Origin: an uncultured Chloroflexia bacterium
GTDB taxonomy: Bacteria > Chloroflexota > Limnocylindria > Limnocylindrales > CSP1-4
Direction of reading: 5' to 3'
Assembly (NCBI GenBank): GCA_963821235.1
Contig: CAWGCS010000001.1
Coordinates: forward strand, 616,119 to 680,118
DNA: 64,000 nt
The notes beneath the pieces were generated by a model that searched no databases, was not told where the DNA came from, and was given only the letters and a program-made list of their open reading frames with translations. Each line of letters opens with the position of its first letter. Position 1 is the first letter of the stretch. This document shows positions 54,803 through 63,694 of the stretch, in pieces. The position numbers and the translations under genes are program-made.

Positions 54803-56041
54803 CTACTCCTGCCCGGACTCGTCGGCCGACTTCTTGCGGCTCTCCTCGAGGCGTTTGACTAGGTCGCCATAGTCGGGCGGTGTCGGCTCGATCCTCACCA
54901 TCTTGCCGTCGACGAGCTTGTACTCCGGGGCGATGCCCGGGTCGTAGACGGTCTCGATCGGGCCCCAGCCGCCCGACGGAACCGCCGCCGGCGCGTCAAG
55001 ATCGCCGACCGGGAACTGGGGCTTGCCCATGAAGGGCGTGTTCGAGCCGATCGCGAAGCCCCTCGTCGCGGTCCCCATCGCTGACGGGCCGAGGTCGGGC
55101 CTCACGTGGGTCGGCCCCGGGCTCGCCGGGCGGATCGGGATGTGCGCCCGCAGCCACTTCGCGGCCTCACTCCGGAGCTGCGCGGCTGAGACGGTGCCGA
55201 CTGACTTCAGATCGTGGCGCTCGAGGTTGCCGGCGGTCATGTCATTGAGGTGCGGCGGATCGCCGCTCGACCACGCGATGTGGCCGAGGAAGAGCGACAG
55301 GCCGAGGCGCTCAGCAATGCCGATCTCCTCGCGCCAGCCAGCTTCGGGTCGTGAGACGTCGATGAGCCCGAGCGAGCAGCGCCTCATGAGGGCTTCAGAC
55401 TTCGGGTAGGCCTTGTCGAACTCCTCAAACTCGGCCACGACGACCGGCAGGAGCCCGACATCGCTGACGGCCTGGCGGAGGGCCACGATGCCCTCGGGCG
55501 ACGCGTAGCCGCCGCCGACGAAGACGAGCTGGCTCGCGTTGAGGCCATCGAGGATCTTGAGCTTGCGAATGCCCCACATCGCCCCGCCCCGGAACGGCGG
55601 GAGGTCGTCCTCGGTCGTCTCGTATCGCTCGGCCACAGTCAGCGGATCGTCGGTGTTGTCCCGGCCGAGCTCGGCGAGCCGAGCCAGCGCTGCGTCCGTG
55701 TCCCCCCAGAGCGCCTGGATCGTTCGGCGCGACGGCCACTGCTGCTCGGTGTCGTCGGGGAAGGTCCGGAGGTCCTCGACGTAGGCGCCGTAGAAGAACC
55801 GACGGGCCGCGGCGCTGTCGGCGGCGATGATCGCGGCGCCGCGGTTGTGCAGGGCGTGGCCCTTGTGAAACCGGTGGCCCGCCTCGCGCTCGGCCGCGCG
55901 GATCGCCTCGAGTTCCTCGAGCGCGAGCTCGGCGGCGCGCGACAGATCTCCGTCCATCGCCGCATCCGTCTCGAACGCGATCGTCGTCACCGCATCGGGG
56001 ACGGCCAACGCCGCGGCGCCCCGAGCCATCTCCAGGTCCAC
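54803..56041 (-). CDS. Hypothetical protein: helical N-terminus plus nucleoside 2-deoxyribosyltransferase/TIR-like domain
   Basis: LVFVGGGY...MRRCSLGLIDVSRPEAGWREEIGIAERLG. Confidence 0.6.
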   Translation of the reverse strand: MDLEMARGAAALAVPDAVTTIAFETDAAMDGDLSRAAELALEELEAIRAAEREAGHRFHKGHALHNRGAAIIAADSAAARRFFYGAYVEDLRTFPDDTEQQWPSRRTIQALWGDTDAALARLAELGRDNTDDPLTVAERYETTEDDLPPFRGGAMWGIRKLKILDGLNASQLVFVGGGYASPEGIVALRQAVSDVGLLPVVVAEFEEFDKAYPKSEALMRRCSLGLIDVSRPEAGWREEIGIAERLGLSLFLGHIAWSSGDPPHLNDMTAGNLERHDLKSVGTVSAAQLRSEAAKWLRAHIPIRPASPGPTHVRPDLGPSAMGTATRGFAIGSNTPFMGKPQFPVGDLDAPAAVPSGGWGPIETVYDPGIAPEYKLVDGKMVRIEPTPPDYGDLVKRLEESRKKSADESGQE

Positions 56042-56128
56042 GATCGGAGGCTACAGCAAAGATGGTCGCCGGGCTCCGGCTGGGCCTGCGCCAAGCGAGC
56101 TGGCCGCGGCGAGTCGTAGGCTCGACCG

Positions 56129-56332
56129 ATGACCGATCGCGATCGCGCCTGGGATCTGGTCTTGGAGGCGCTGCCGGCCCCGTGGATCGTGGGCGCGCCG
56201 AGCTTGACCCCGGGCCCCGGCGTGTGGTCCGTCGGCGCGATCGACGCTCGGACCACTGGACGTGGCAGGATGCCCCGCACGGTCAGCGGGACGGGCACCT
56301 CGGAGGTGACTCGCTATCCGTCGCCCCGGTAG
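56129..56332 (+). CDS. Small hypothetical protein, likely C-terminally truncated
   Basis: MTDRDRAWDLVLEALPAPWIVG...; end overlaps the convergent ORF. Confidence 0.45.
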   Translation: MTDRDRAWDLVLEALPAPWIVGAPSLTPGPGVWSVGAIDARTTGRGRMPRTVSGTGTSEVTRYPSPR

Positions 56333-57024
56333 ACCCACACGCCCGGGTCAACCTGACGTGTCCGGAACCCGCGAACGACGGCCGCATGCGTCGCGCCGCT
56401 GAAACGGATGGCACACCCTCGGTGCTGGCCATTGCCGTACGAGTGGTCATGCGCCACAACGGGATCCTGAAACAGCGAGACGAGCCACCGAAGATCGGCC
56501 GGCGGAAGAGGCGAGCTCCTGGCGAGGTTCGCTAGATCCTCTCGATCGGTCGAGGCCGAATGCTCGAGGATCCGGACGCTCTCGTCGGCGATCAAGCGCC
56601 AGTCCGCTTGGTGGTAGGGGCACGTCGCCCGATCGTCAGGGGTGAGGCTAGCGACGAACTGCTCGCCGATGACGGCGAGGTCCTCATTGCTGACGTGGGC
56701 GTCGCCGAGGTCGGCCTTCATCGCCTCGAACCGTGCGGCGAGGGCGCACTTCCACGGGGCGTGCGGTGGCGGCAGTGCGCCGACAGGGATGGCCTGGTAG
56801 ACAGGCTCCTCGATCTGATCCTCCAGATCGCCGCCAGCCGTCACTACGCGCCACAGGAGGTCGTCGTGCGGTGGTAACGGCGCGAGCCGTTGGCCGACCA
56901 CGTCCTCGATCTCGGCGATCGAAGCGTCGAGCCACCGCAACTCCGGCGCCACCTCGAACCGCCAAGCGAGGCATCGGTCCGGGTCCGCCGAGCCGCTCGG
57001 CATCACGATGTAGATCCATCGCAT
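56314..57024 (-). CDS. Hypothetical protein with a C-terminal NGQHR (ParB/Srx-like) motif
   Basis: Protein-like ORF, YGNGQHRGCAIRFSG; start uncertain. Confidence 0.6.
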   Translation of the reverse strand: MRWIYIVMPSGSADPDRCLAWRFEVAPELRWLDASIAEIEDVVGQRLAPLPPHDDLLWRVVTAGGDLEDQIEEPVYQAIPVGALPPPHAPWKCALAARFEAMKADLGDAHVSNEDLAVIGEQFVASLTPDDRATCPYHQADWRLIADESVRILEHSASTDREDLANLARSSPLPPADLRWLVSLFQDPVVAHDHSYGNGQHRGCAIRFSGATHAAVVRGFRTRQVDPGVWVYRGDG

Positions 57025-57161
57025 CGGCGAGTCGAGGGAGAAGCGTCGCTCGATCTCCTCTTGGTTGGCATTCCGTTCCGGCGCGTCGCGGCTGGCGCGC
57101 TGCCCGCGGGCGAGGTGTGGCGGCGGGCGTGCGCGCCGTGGATGGGCTGGGTGCGATAGGC

Positions 57162-57701
57162 GTGGCCGGCCCTCCCTCGGTCTTCGCCGCGGCCGCGCTG
57201 GAGGCGGACGGTCCTGTCGCGTGGGGCACACCCGTGCGCTGCCGGCGTCCGGGCGTCTACGTCATCGCGACCCCCGACCCGCTGCCCGCCGCGCCGATCG
57301 ACGAGCCCGCAGTGGAGGCGTGGATCAGGCGCGTGCCCGGCATCTGTGTCGACGGCGTGCCGGCCACGCTCGCGTCGCTCTGCTCCCGGCTCCGGGCGTT
57401 CTGATTCAGGGACGAGCGGGTGGTGTATGTCGGCCGGGCCGGCAAGGACGTTGGTGGGCGCATCGGCGACTTCTACGCGACGCCGCTCGGCGACCCGCGC
57501 CCGCATGCTGGCGGCCACTGGCTCAAGACCCTGTCGGTCCTCGCCGGGCTCGAGGTGTGGTGGGCCGAGTCGGGTGGCCCGACGGGGTCGGAGGCCGATC
57601 TGCTGGCGGCGTTCGCCGCTGAACACGGCGCCGAGTCGTTGCCTTTCGCGAACCGCGAGACCGCCGCCAAGATGAGGAAGTCACAGTCAATCGCCATTTG
57701 A
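57162..57701 (+). pseudogene. GIY-YIG-like protein interrupted by an in-frame TGA
   Basis: PGVYVI ... AF*FRDERVVYVGRAG ... E..LL..F..LPFAN all in one frame; TGA at 57402-57404. Confidence 0.65.
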
Positions 57702-57775
57702 CAGCAGGTTCATCCTGAGCAGCAGACGTGTGGGCACCACACCAGGCACGCCGACGAGCCGTCAGGGGGGAGACG

Positions 57776-59008
57776 ATGCAGCAGAAGCATTCCGGGCGGC
57801 CCACAGCCGGGTTCCTCAGTCTGACTCCGATCCTTGCGGCCGTGATCGTCGTGGTCGTGGTCGGACTCGCGCTGCAGGCCTCGTTCGCCGGGCCGGCGGG
57901 CCCGTCCCCGACCGCCGGCGCATCGGCCCAGGGATCGCCACCACCGGCCACGCCGGGGCTGCCAGCCACCGCCACCCCCGTCTCGGCACCGCCTACCCCG
58001 ACCCCGCCGCCGCTGCCGGAGGGCCTCACCAACCGCACGTGGGTCACCCTCAACGAGGTCGAGGGAGCCGGGTACGTCGCGGGGACCCTCGACGGACGCC
58101 ACCACTTCGTACTACCCGGGGGCGAGTTCCCCCTCGCAGCCTCCGCCGGTCGCGTCCTCAGCGTTCGCTACGGGGCGGCCGCTCCATCTGGCCTCGTGAC
58201 CTCCTCGACGGTGATCGTGCGAGACGTGTCCACCGGTGATGTGATCGCGTCGGCGGACCTCCCAGGCGCGATCGCAAGTGGGGTCATGGGTGCCGACACC
58301 GCATACGTCGCGGCACCTTCCACCGACAAGCCGGGCGTGGTGCCAGGCGTCGCGGCCATCTCGCTTGCGGACGGCGCCGTCAGCGAAGTCATCCTTCCGG
58401 AGTCGGTCACCGCCGACCCGAATGGTCCGACGCCCGCGCCCGGGACCCCCCTTCGCCACGCGCTGGTCCTGAGCCCCAGCGGTCGGACGCTTGGTTCCTG
58501 CATCTGGCGGAACGGCCTCTGCGACGTCCAGATCCTCGACCTCGAGAAGGGCTCGGCGAGGCGCGCCGTAACGGGGCTCGCGGGCGGCCTCTGGCTGCTG
58601 AGCGACGAGGTCCTCGTGGCCGTGGGCGATGCGGACACGTCGGGCTACGACATCGCGACCGGCACGTTGCTGTGGGCGCATGAAGGCGCCAGGGCGGAGA
58701 GCGGTGGCTACATCCTGAGCGACGGATCGACGCTGATCCAGGCCTACCAGGACATCGCTCGGTCCGAGCGCGTCGTCGCCAGCGTGGATCTCCGCTCCGG
58801 AGCGAGTCGCGAACTACTGCGTGTCCCCAAGACGGAACCCGCGCCGGATCTTTGGGCGGCTGCCTCGGACGACCACTCTGCGGTCCTGATCCCCGGGGGC
58901 CAGGGGTTCCCCGGCGCGTTCGCCGGGACCGGATCGTTCCTGGCGGACCTTCTCGACCTCTCCACCGGGAAGCTCGAGCGTGCGGCTCTGCGCGTTAGCG
59001 CGCGATGA
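57776..59008 (+). CDS. Membrane-anchored protein with PT linker and probable beta-propeller
   Basis: N-terminal TM, Pro/Thr linker, repeated D-x-x-T/S-G turns (DVSTG, DIATG, DLRSG, DLSTG). Confidence 0.7.
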   Translation: MQQKHSGRPTAGFLSLTPILAAVIVVVVVGLALQASFAGPAGPSPTAGASAQGSPPPATPGLPATATPVSAPPTPTPPPLPEGLTNRTWVTLNEVEGAGYVAGTLDGRHHFVLPGGEFPLAASAGRVLSVRYGAAAPSGLVTSSTVIVRDVSTGDVIASADLPGAIASGVMGADTAYVAAPSTDKPGVVPGVAAISLADGAVSEVILPESVTADPNGPTPAPGTPLRHALVLSPSGRTLGSCIWRNGLCDVQILDLEKGSARRAVTGLAGGLWLLSDEVLVAVGDADTSGYDIATGTLLWAHEGARAESGGYILSDGSTLIQAYQDIARSERVVASVDLRSGASRELLRVPKTEPAPDLWAAASDDHSAVLIPGGQGFPGAFAGTGSFLADLLDLSTGKLERAALRVSAR

Positions 59009-59043
59009 CGACCCTGCATCCAGGCGCCACAAGAGGGGCAGGT

Positions 59044-60123
59044 ATGAACCGTCGATCAGCTCCCGTCGCCCGGGCCACCGTTGCCGCCGTGGCGTTGCTG
59101 CTCCTAAGCGCGACGGTCGTCGCCGCCCACACGCCGGTCGCGGGCGCCGTCCGCGAGTATGGCCAGGACACCGCGCTCCAGTACAAGTGGGAGGGCACCT
59201 ACCCGTCGTGGTTCACGGGAGCGGCGGGCTCCGCCTTCGGGATCGACTGGACGAACAGCACATACAGCAACTCGCGGTTGCCCACCTTCAGCTACTCGGC
59301 CAGCGGGACCGGGACAGTCTCGTACAAATCGCCATCGGGAGTGCCGGCGTGCGACAGCGTCGCCTGGGTTGGCTGTTCGACTGCCTGGGGTTCGACAAGC
59401 TGGAGGGTGATCCTGCGCAACTTCTCGCAGGCACCCCTTCCCCCGTTCACGGGCACCTGGGTCCAGGCGACCGGGAGCTGCTCCAACACGTGCTTCGACG
59501 CGAGGCGGGTCGCCCTGCACGAGATCGAGCACGTGACCCTCGCCGTCTCTGGCCACGACGGCCAGGGCGAATCGAACACGATCATGGCGGCTACGACGCC
59601 ATCAAGCCCTACGACCGGCTGGGCCACGCACCACATCCAGAAGTGCGACCAGGCCGCTGCCCAACTGCTCTACGACCTCGCAGCCCTGGCGGGCGTCTAT
59701 GCGGACTGCTTCGACCACGTCACTGGCCACGGCGTCAGCGGCCTCGTCAGCTCCGCGACGGCCAGTGCCCCGGTCGCGTCGGCCTGCTACGGGACGGCGC
59801 TATCGATCAATGGACGCCTCGAGGTCCAGACAAACACCAACTACGGGACCCTGAGCGGCAACCCGCTCGCCTCCCGAACCGTGTACGTCGACCGCAAGCT
59901 CCACTCCGCCGGTACCTGGACCGTCGACTACGCCACCGCCGTGGCGAACAACAGCAACACCGGCAACAACTGGTCCCGGTCGTTCACCGAATCGGGAACG
60001 AGCGGCAGCGTCACCTACGACTTTCGAGCCCACTACAAGGGCGAGACGGGCGTCGATCCGGCGTACTCGGGGGTCGTGTCGCTGACATGGCGCTACCCGT
60101 GTCCGCTGAGCGGCAGCCCGTAG
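59044..60123 (+). CDS. Secreted metzincin-like zinc metalloprotease with a C-terminal beta-rich domain
   Basis: Signal peptide; HEIEHVTLAVSGH followed by NTIM (Met-turn-like); several Cys; alternative ATG 59005. Confidence 0.7.
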   Translation: MNRRSAPVARATVAAVALLLLSATVVAAHTPVAGAVREYGQDTALQYKWEGTYPSWFTGAAGSAFGIDWTNSTYSNSRLPTFSYSASGTGTVSYKSPSGVPACDSVAWVGCSTAWGSTSWRVILRNFSQAPLPPFTGTWVQATGSCSNTCFDARRVALHEIEHVTLAVSGHDGQGESNTIMAATTPSSPTTGWATHHIQKCDQAAAQLLYDLAALAGVYADCFDHVTGHGVSGLVSSATASAPVASACYGTALSINGRLEVQTNTNYGTLSGNPLASRTVYVDRKLHSAGTWTVDYATAVANNSNTGNNWSRSFTESGTSGSVTYDFRAHYKGETGVDPAYSGVVSLTWRYPCPLSGSP

Positions 60124-60897
60124 GGAGGTTCGAGGCCGTCGTCAGTTCGCAGCATTCCTACTTCTTGGCTCGTGCCTATCCGGCTGGCTCCGAGTCGCGC
60201 CGAGGCATGGCGTAGAAGGCCATCGATTTCGAAGGTGCCGAGACGACCGTGAAGAAGCAGCTCATCACACGAGATCAGCAGCAGCGTCGGTGTTCCGTTC
60301 CAGCGAGGCGCCACTGAGAGCCTGTAGCCGATTGTGGGTGCCGACGGCAACGGGCGACACGGGAACTGCGGAACCGAAGCGCGCACCGCGACGGCCTCGA
60401 CTACGGTCGCCTCGCCTTCGACCCCCCGGTTCCCGATCCGCGGGAGCCTTCGGTAGTGTGGGTGACACCAGAGACCTTCACTGGCCACGCGGAGGCAGAG
60501 GACTTCCAGCGCGCTGTCGCTGCCCGGGCCAACTACGCGGACGGCGACCTCGCGGTCTTCACGTTCGTGCGCCTCATCGATGAACTCTGGTGCGCCACCG
60601 CCGAGGTCCTGAGCCGGGGCGTTCGGGCGATCTTGTGGAGTGACTGGCGCTGGACTCGACGTGATCCGCGCTGGGGTCGAGACACCGCCCGCCCGTGGAG
60701 GACACGCACGCAGCGGGGAATTGGGGGATTGGGCGAGCCAGCGATGGAAGGTGAGACGGGACTGGGCGGCCACCTCCGCCGAGGCCCGGCCCGTCCCGGC
60801 TAGCCGGAGACGAGTAGCCGTTCCGCGAATTGGGTCGGGTTCGGTGGGCCGTCACGGTACGCTGGCATCCGGCGTCGGCCAGCCGACAGGAGGAACG

Positions 60898-61476
60898 ATG
60901 CGCAACCCGAAGGCCATCCCCGACTGGGTCGCTCGACTCGGCGCACAGCCGACCGACGCCACGCCTGCCGAATGGTCGCGGTGGAGAGCAGACGTCGCAA
61001 CGTATTTCGTGTCGTTCGATGCCTTCGGTCCGAAGCGAACCGCGCAGGGGCGGCGAGACCACTGGCACGAGGACTACGGCAAGGTCCTCCTGCGGCCGAA
61101 GGCAGCGGTCGAGCGGTCGGTCCCCGAGATTGAGGTCGTCGAGGCGTTCCGGGTGTCGGGTTGGGGCGCCCGATGGACGGATACCTTCCACAAGGCGCCG
61201 GGCTGGATGCGGCCGTGGATTCGGGTCGAGAACGTCCCCCGCACCGTGACCGAGGCCCTCAACGCCATTCGCGCCGCGTCTCCGACGGCGAAGGCGTGGG
61301 ACGTGCTCGCGTGGCGAGGTGATCGCGTCGTGTTCGTCGAGTGCAAGGCCGAGCGAGAGGGGCTCACAGATTCCGAGTTGGCCTTCCTCTGGGGTGCGCA
61401 CGAGGCTGGCATTCGCATCGACTGCTTCGCCGTCGTTCGCGGCGCCATCAACTACCCGGAGCGGCCATCCGAGTAA
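60898..61476 (+). CDS. PD-(D/E)xK nuclease, VRR-NUC-like
   Basis: AGGAGG SD; WDVLAWRGDRVVFVECK..EGLTDSE. Confidence 0.7.
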   Translation: MRNPKAIPDWVARLGAQPTDATPAEWSRWRADVATYFVSFDAFGPKRTAQGRRDHWHEDYGKVLLRPKAAVERSVPEIEVVEAFRVSGWGARWTDTFHKAPGWMRPWIRVENVPRTVTEALNAIRAASPTAKAWDVLAWRGDRVVFVECKAEREGLTDSELAFLWGAHEAGIRIDCFAVVRGAINYPERPSE

Positions 61477-61603
61477 GGTCAGTCACAGCAGGTTCCCGAG
61501 GATAGTGTCGAGCACGGTCGCAGATACGCGGGGTCCAGCAGGTCAGAGTCGGACCCAGCCGCTGCTTCGCCTGACCGGGTAGCAGACCTGACGATTGGGC
61601 CAG

Positions 61604-62080
61604 TCACAGCGATAGCGTTACCACCCAACCCGCTGCGTCCAACTCGTCGGCGGACCACGTCGGCCCACCGTGAAGCCCGATCTGGATGGAGTAGAACGCT
61701 GCGGGCAGGACGTTTGCGATCACGAAGTCGAACTGGCAAGCCCCGTCGACGTACTTGGGGTCGGAGTACGTGAGCGTCCCCTTGCCGACAGTCGACTTCG
61801 ACTGGTCGAGGAGGAGAACCTCGGCGCCCGGAGGCACCTTGGCTCTCGTCAGGCAGTACTTGGCGTCCGGCTGGGAGTTGGACTGTGCGTAGGCACCACC
61901 ACCGTCCGCCACGCTGATGTGCCCAACCAGGATCCGCCGGGGAGTCGCGGTGAGCGTGGCCGTCGGGGCGGGGGTCACGTATACGACGATGGGCGTCGGT
62001 GCTGGTGCCAGGGCGCATGCGCCAACGACGACAGTCGCGGCCGCAAGAGGCACGGCGACGGCGGTGATACCACGAAGCAC
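61604..62080 (-). CDS. Putative lipoprotein
   Basis: AAGGAGGA SD and GTG; lipobox-like VVGA-C, PT linker, two further Cys. Confidence 0.7.
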   Translation of the reverse strand: MLRGITAVAVPLAAATVVVGACALAPAPTPIVVYVTPAPTATLTATPRRILVGHISVADGGGAYAQSNSQPDAKYCLTRAKVPPGAEVLLLDQSKSTVGKGTLTYSDPKYVDGACQFDFVIANVLPAAFYSIQIGLHGGPTWSADELDAAGWVVTLSL

Positions 62081-62289
62081 GCCAGTCCTCCTTCTTGCGT
62101 CCCGATGGACGCGGCGACGATCTCGGAGGCCGACGCCAACCCCATGGTCGAGCTCTTCTGCTCTTCGAGCGTCGACTCGGCGATAGAGTGGTGTGAGGTC
62201 GAGTGATGTGGCGGATGGCGGGAGGCGTCTGGGCCGATGGGGCGTTCTGAGTTCCCTCCGGTTGGTGAGCGTCAGCCCGGGAGCAGGCC

Positions 62290-62681
62290 CTAGACCACGA
62301 CGCGGCGAAGTCTGACGTGGGCGCCGATGTACCAAGTGTCGTCGCTCAGGAGTCTGCCCTTGCTCCTTGTCTCCCATCGGACAGCGGCATCAAGCGGCCC
62401 GTCAAGGGACCAGCCTCGCTCAAGCATCTGGCTCAGTTCGTTTGTTGCTCGCCCCTCGGCTGCCGCCGTGGCTCGGACCTCACAGAGCGGGTGGCGGGCT
62501 TCTTCTCGGACTTGTACTTGATCCCGGAACGGCTCCAGTCGAGACACATCTGCCTGTACTCGAACCGAAGGCTCGGTGCCGACGGCGCTGCGATGGGTCT
62601 GTCTCCCACCAGTGACTACCCACATGCATCACAGAGCCGGGCATTCTCGCGGGCCTCATTGCCGCATGCGGGACAGAACAT
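62290..62681 (-). pseudogene. Zinc-ribbon protein pseudogene
   Basis: MFCPACG..ENARLCDACG* then coding-like sequence and an apparent frameshift. Confidence 0.55.
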
Positions 62682-63128
62682 CCCAACCCGCCCACTCGGC
62701 GCACTCAGGTGCTGGCTCAATGATGCTCCCGGATGCACGCATACGCCCGGTCGTTGAGGTCTCCTCTCGGGGAAGGCCTCTGGTCTTGAGGACGAGCCGC
62801 AACCGGCGGCGAACCTCCCGGTCGCCGGGCTGACTCTCCCGCCAGTGAGTCGGCGCTCCGTGCCGCTCGGCGCCGCTCCATGCCGGTCATTCGCAGTCGC
62901 CTGCGCGTCCGCGACAACGCGCAAAGCCTTGACGGGCTGGGGGCCGCGCCGACACTCCCCAATCGAAGCGGTCATGCGAGCTGGTAACTCGCCGAAAGAG
63001 GCCGGCCGGAATGTCGAATCGACGTGGCCGTCGATGCCGCGCGAGCACGACGACGGCCACGACCATTGTCTCGTGTAGGGTCAAGGTGAAGTGTGTTCGT
63101 CAAGGATGGATGGACGGCGAGCGCGTCC

Positions 63129-63563
63129 TCAGTCCGGTGCGGGTTCTTGTTGCATCTCCCGCTGCGCTCGCAGCTGTGTCCGGAAGATCCTGAGGGCGCG
63201 TTCGTCCAGGTTGGCGAGCCCCACCCTGTGCTGCGGGTCGGTGACCAGCTCCTCGTAGCCCCAGACGGCAATGGAGCGCGACCACAGGTCCCGCCCCGAG
63301 TAGGCGATGGCCTCGAGGAGCGAGAACCGCCAGTTGGATGGCAGCGGCTGGTCCCCGCAGTCGAAGAGTCCCGCCGGCAGGAAGTGCGGGTGACCCGAGT
63401 CGGTCTGGACGAGCAGGCAGAGGGTGGTCTCGACGATCCCCATCCCGAGGACCTCATACGGAGACCCGATGGTCAGGGGGAAGGTCTCATCGAACAACGT
63501 GTGGCGCCCGCGCTGGTGGTCGGCGAGCTGCGAGCCGCGATTGTGTATGCAGACCGCGATCAT
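63129..63563 (-). CDS. Hypothetical protein, possible immunity protein
   Basis: GGAGG SD; LTIGSPYEVLG, P..LF, WGYEELV.D..H...L. Confidence 0.65.
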   Translation of the reverse strand: MIAVCIHNRGSQLADHQRGRHTLFDETFPLTIGSPYEVLGMGIVETTLCLLVQTDSGHPHFLPAGLFDCGDQPLPSNWRFSLLEAIAYSGRDLWSRSIAVWGYEELVTDPQHRVGLANLDERALRIFRTQLRAQREMQQEPAPD

Positions 63564-63694
63564 GGTGGACCTCCGACGAGCTTGAACTGGTCCAAGGCTC
63601 CTGTGATCTCGTATTGAGGAACGCCCCCAGGAAGACCGCTGGGCGACATCCCGTCGAAGGCGGTCACCTGCATTGAGCCGCCGCCTTGCCATGC

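Noticed and set aside
57402-57404. Selenocysteine or genetic-code reassignment of TGA
   Set aside because: TGA is the normal stop of many core genes here, RF2 is intact, and there is no redox motif or evident SECIS
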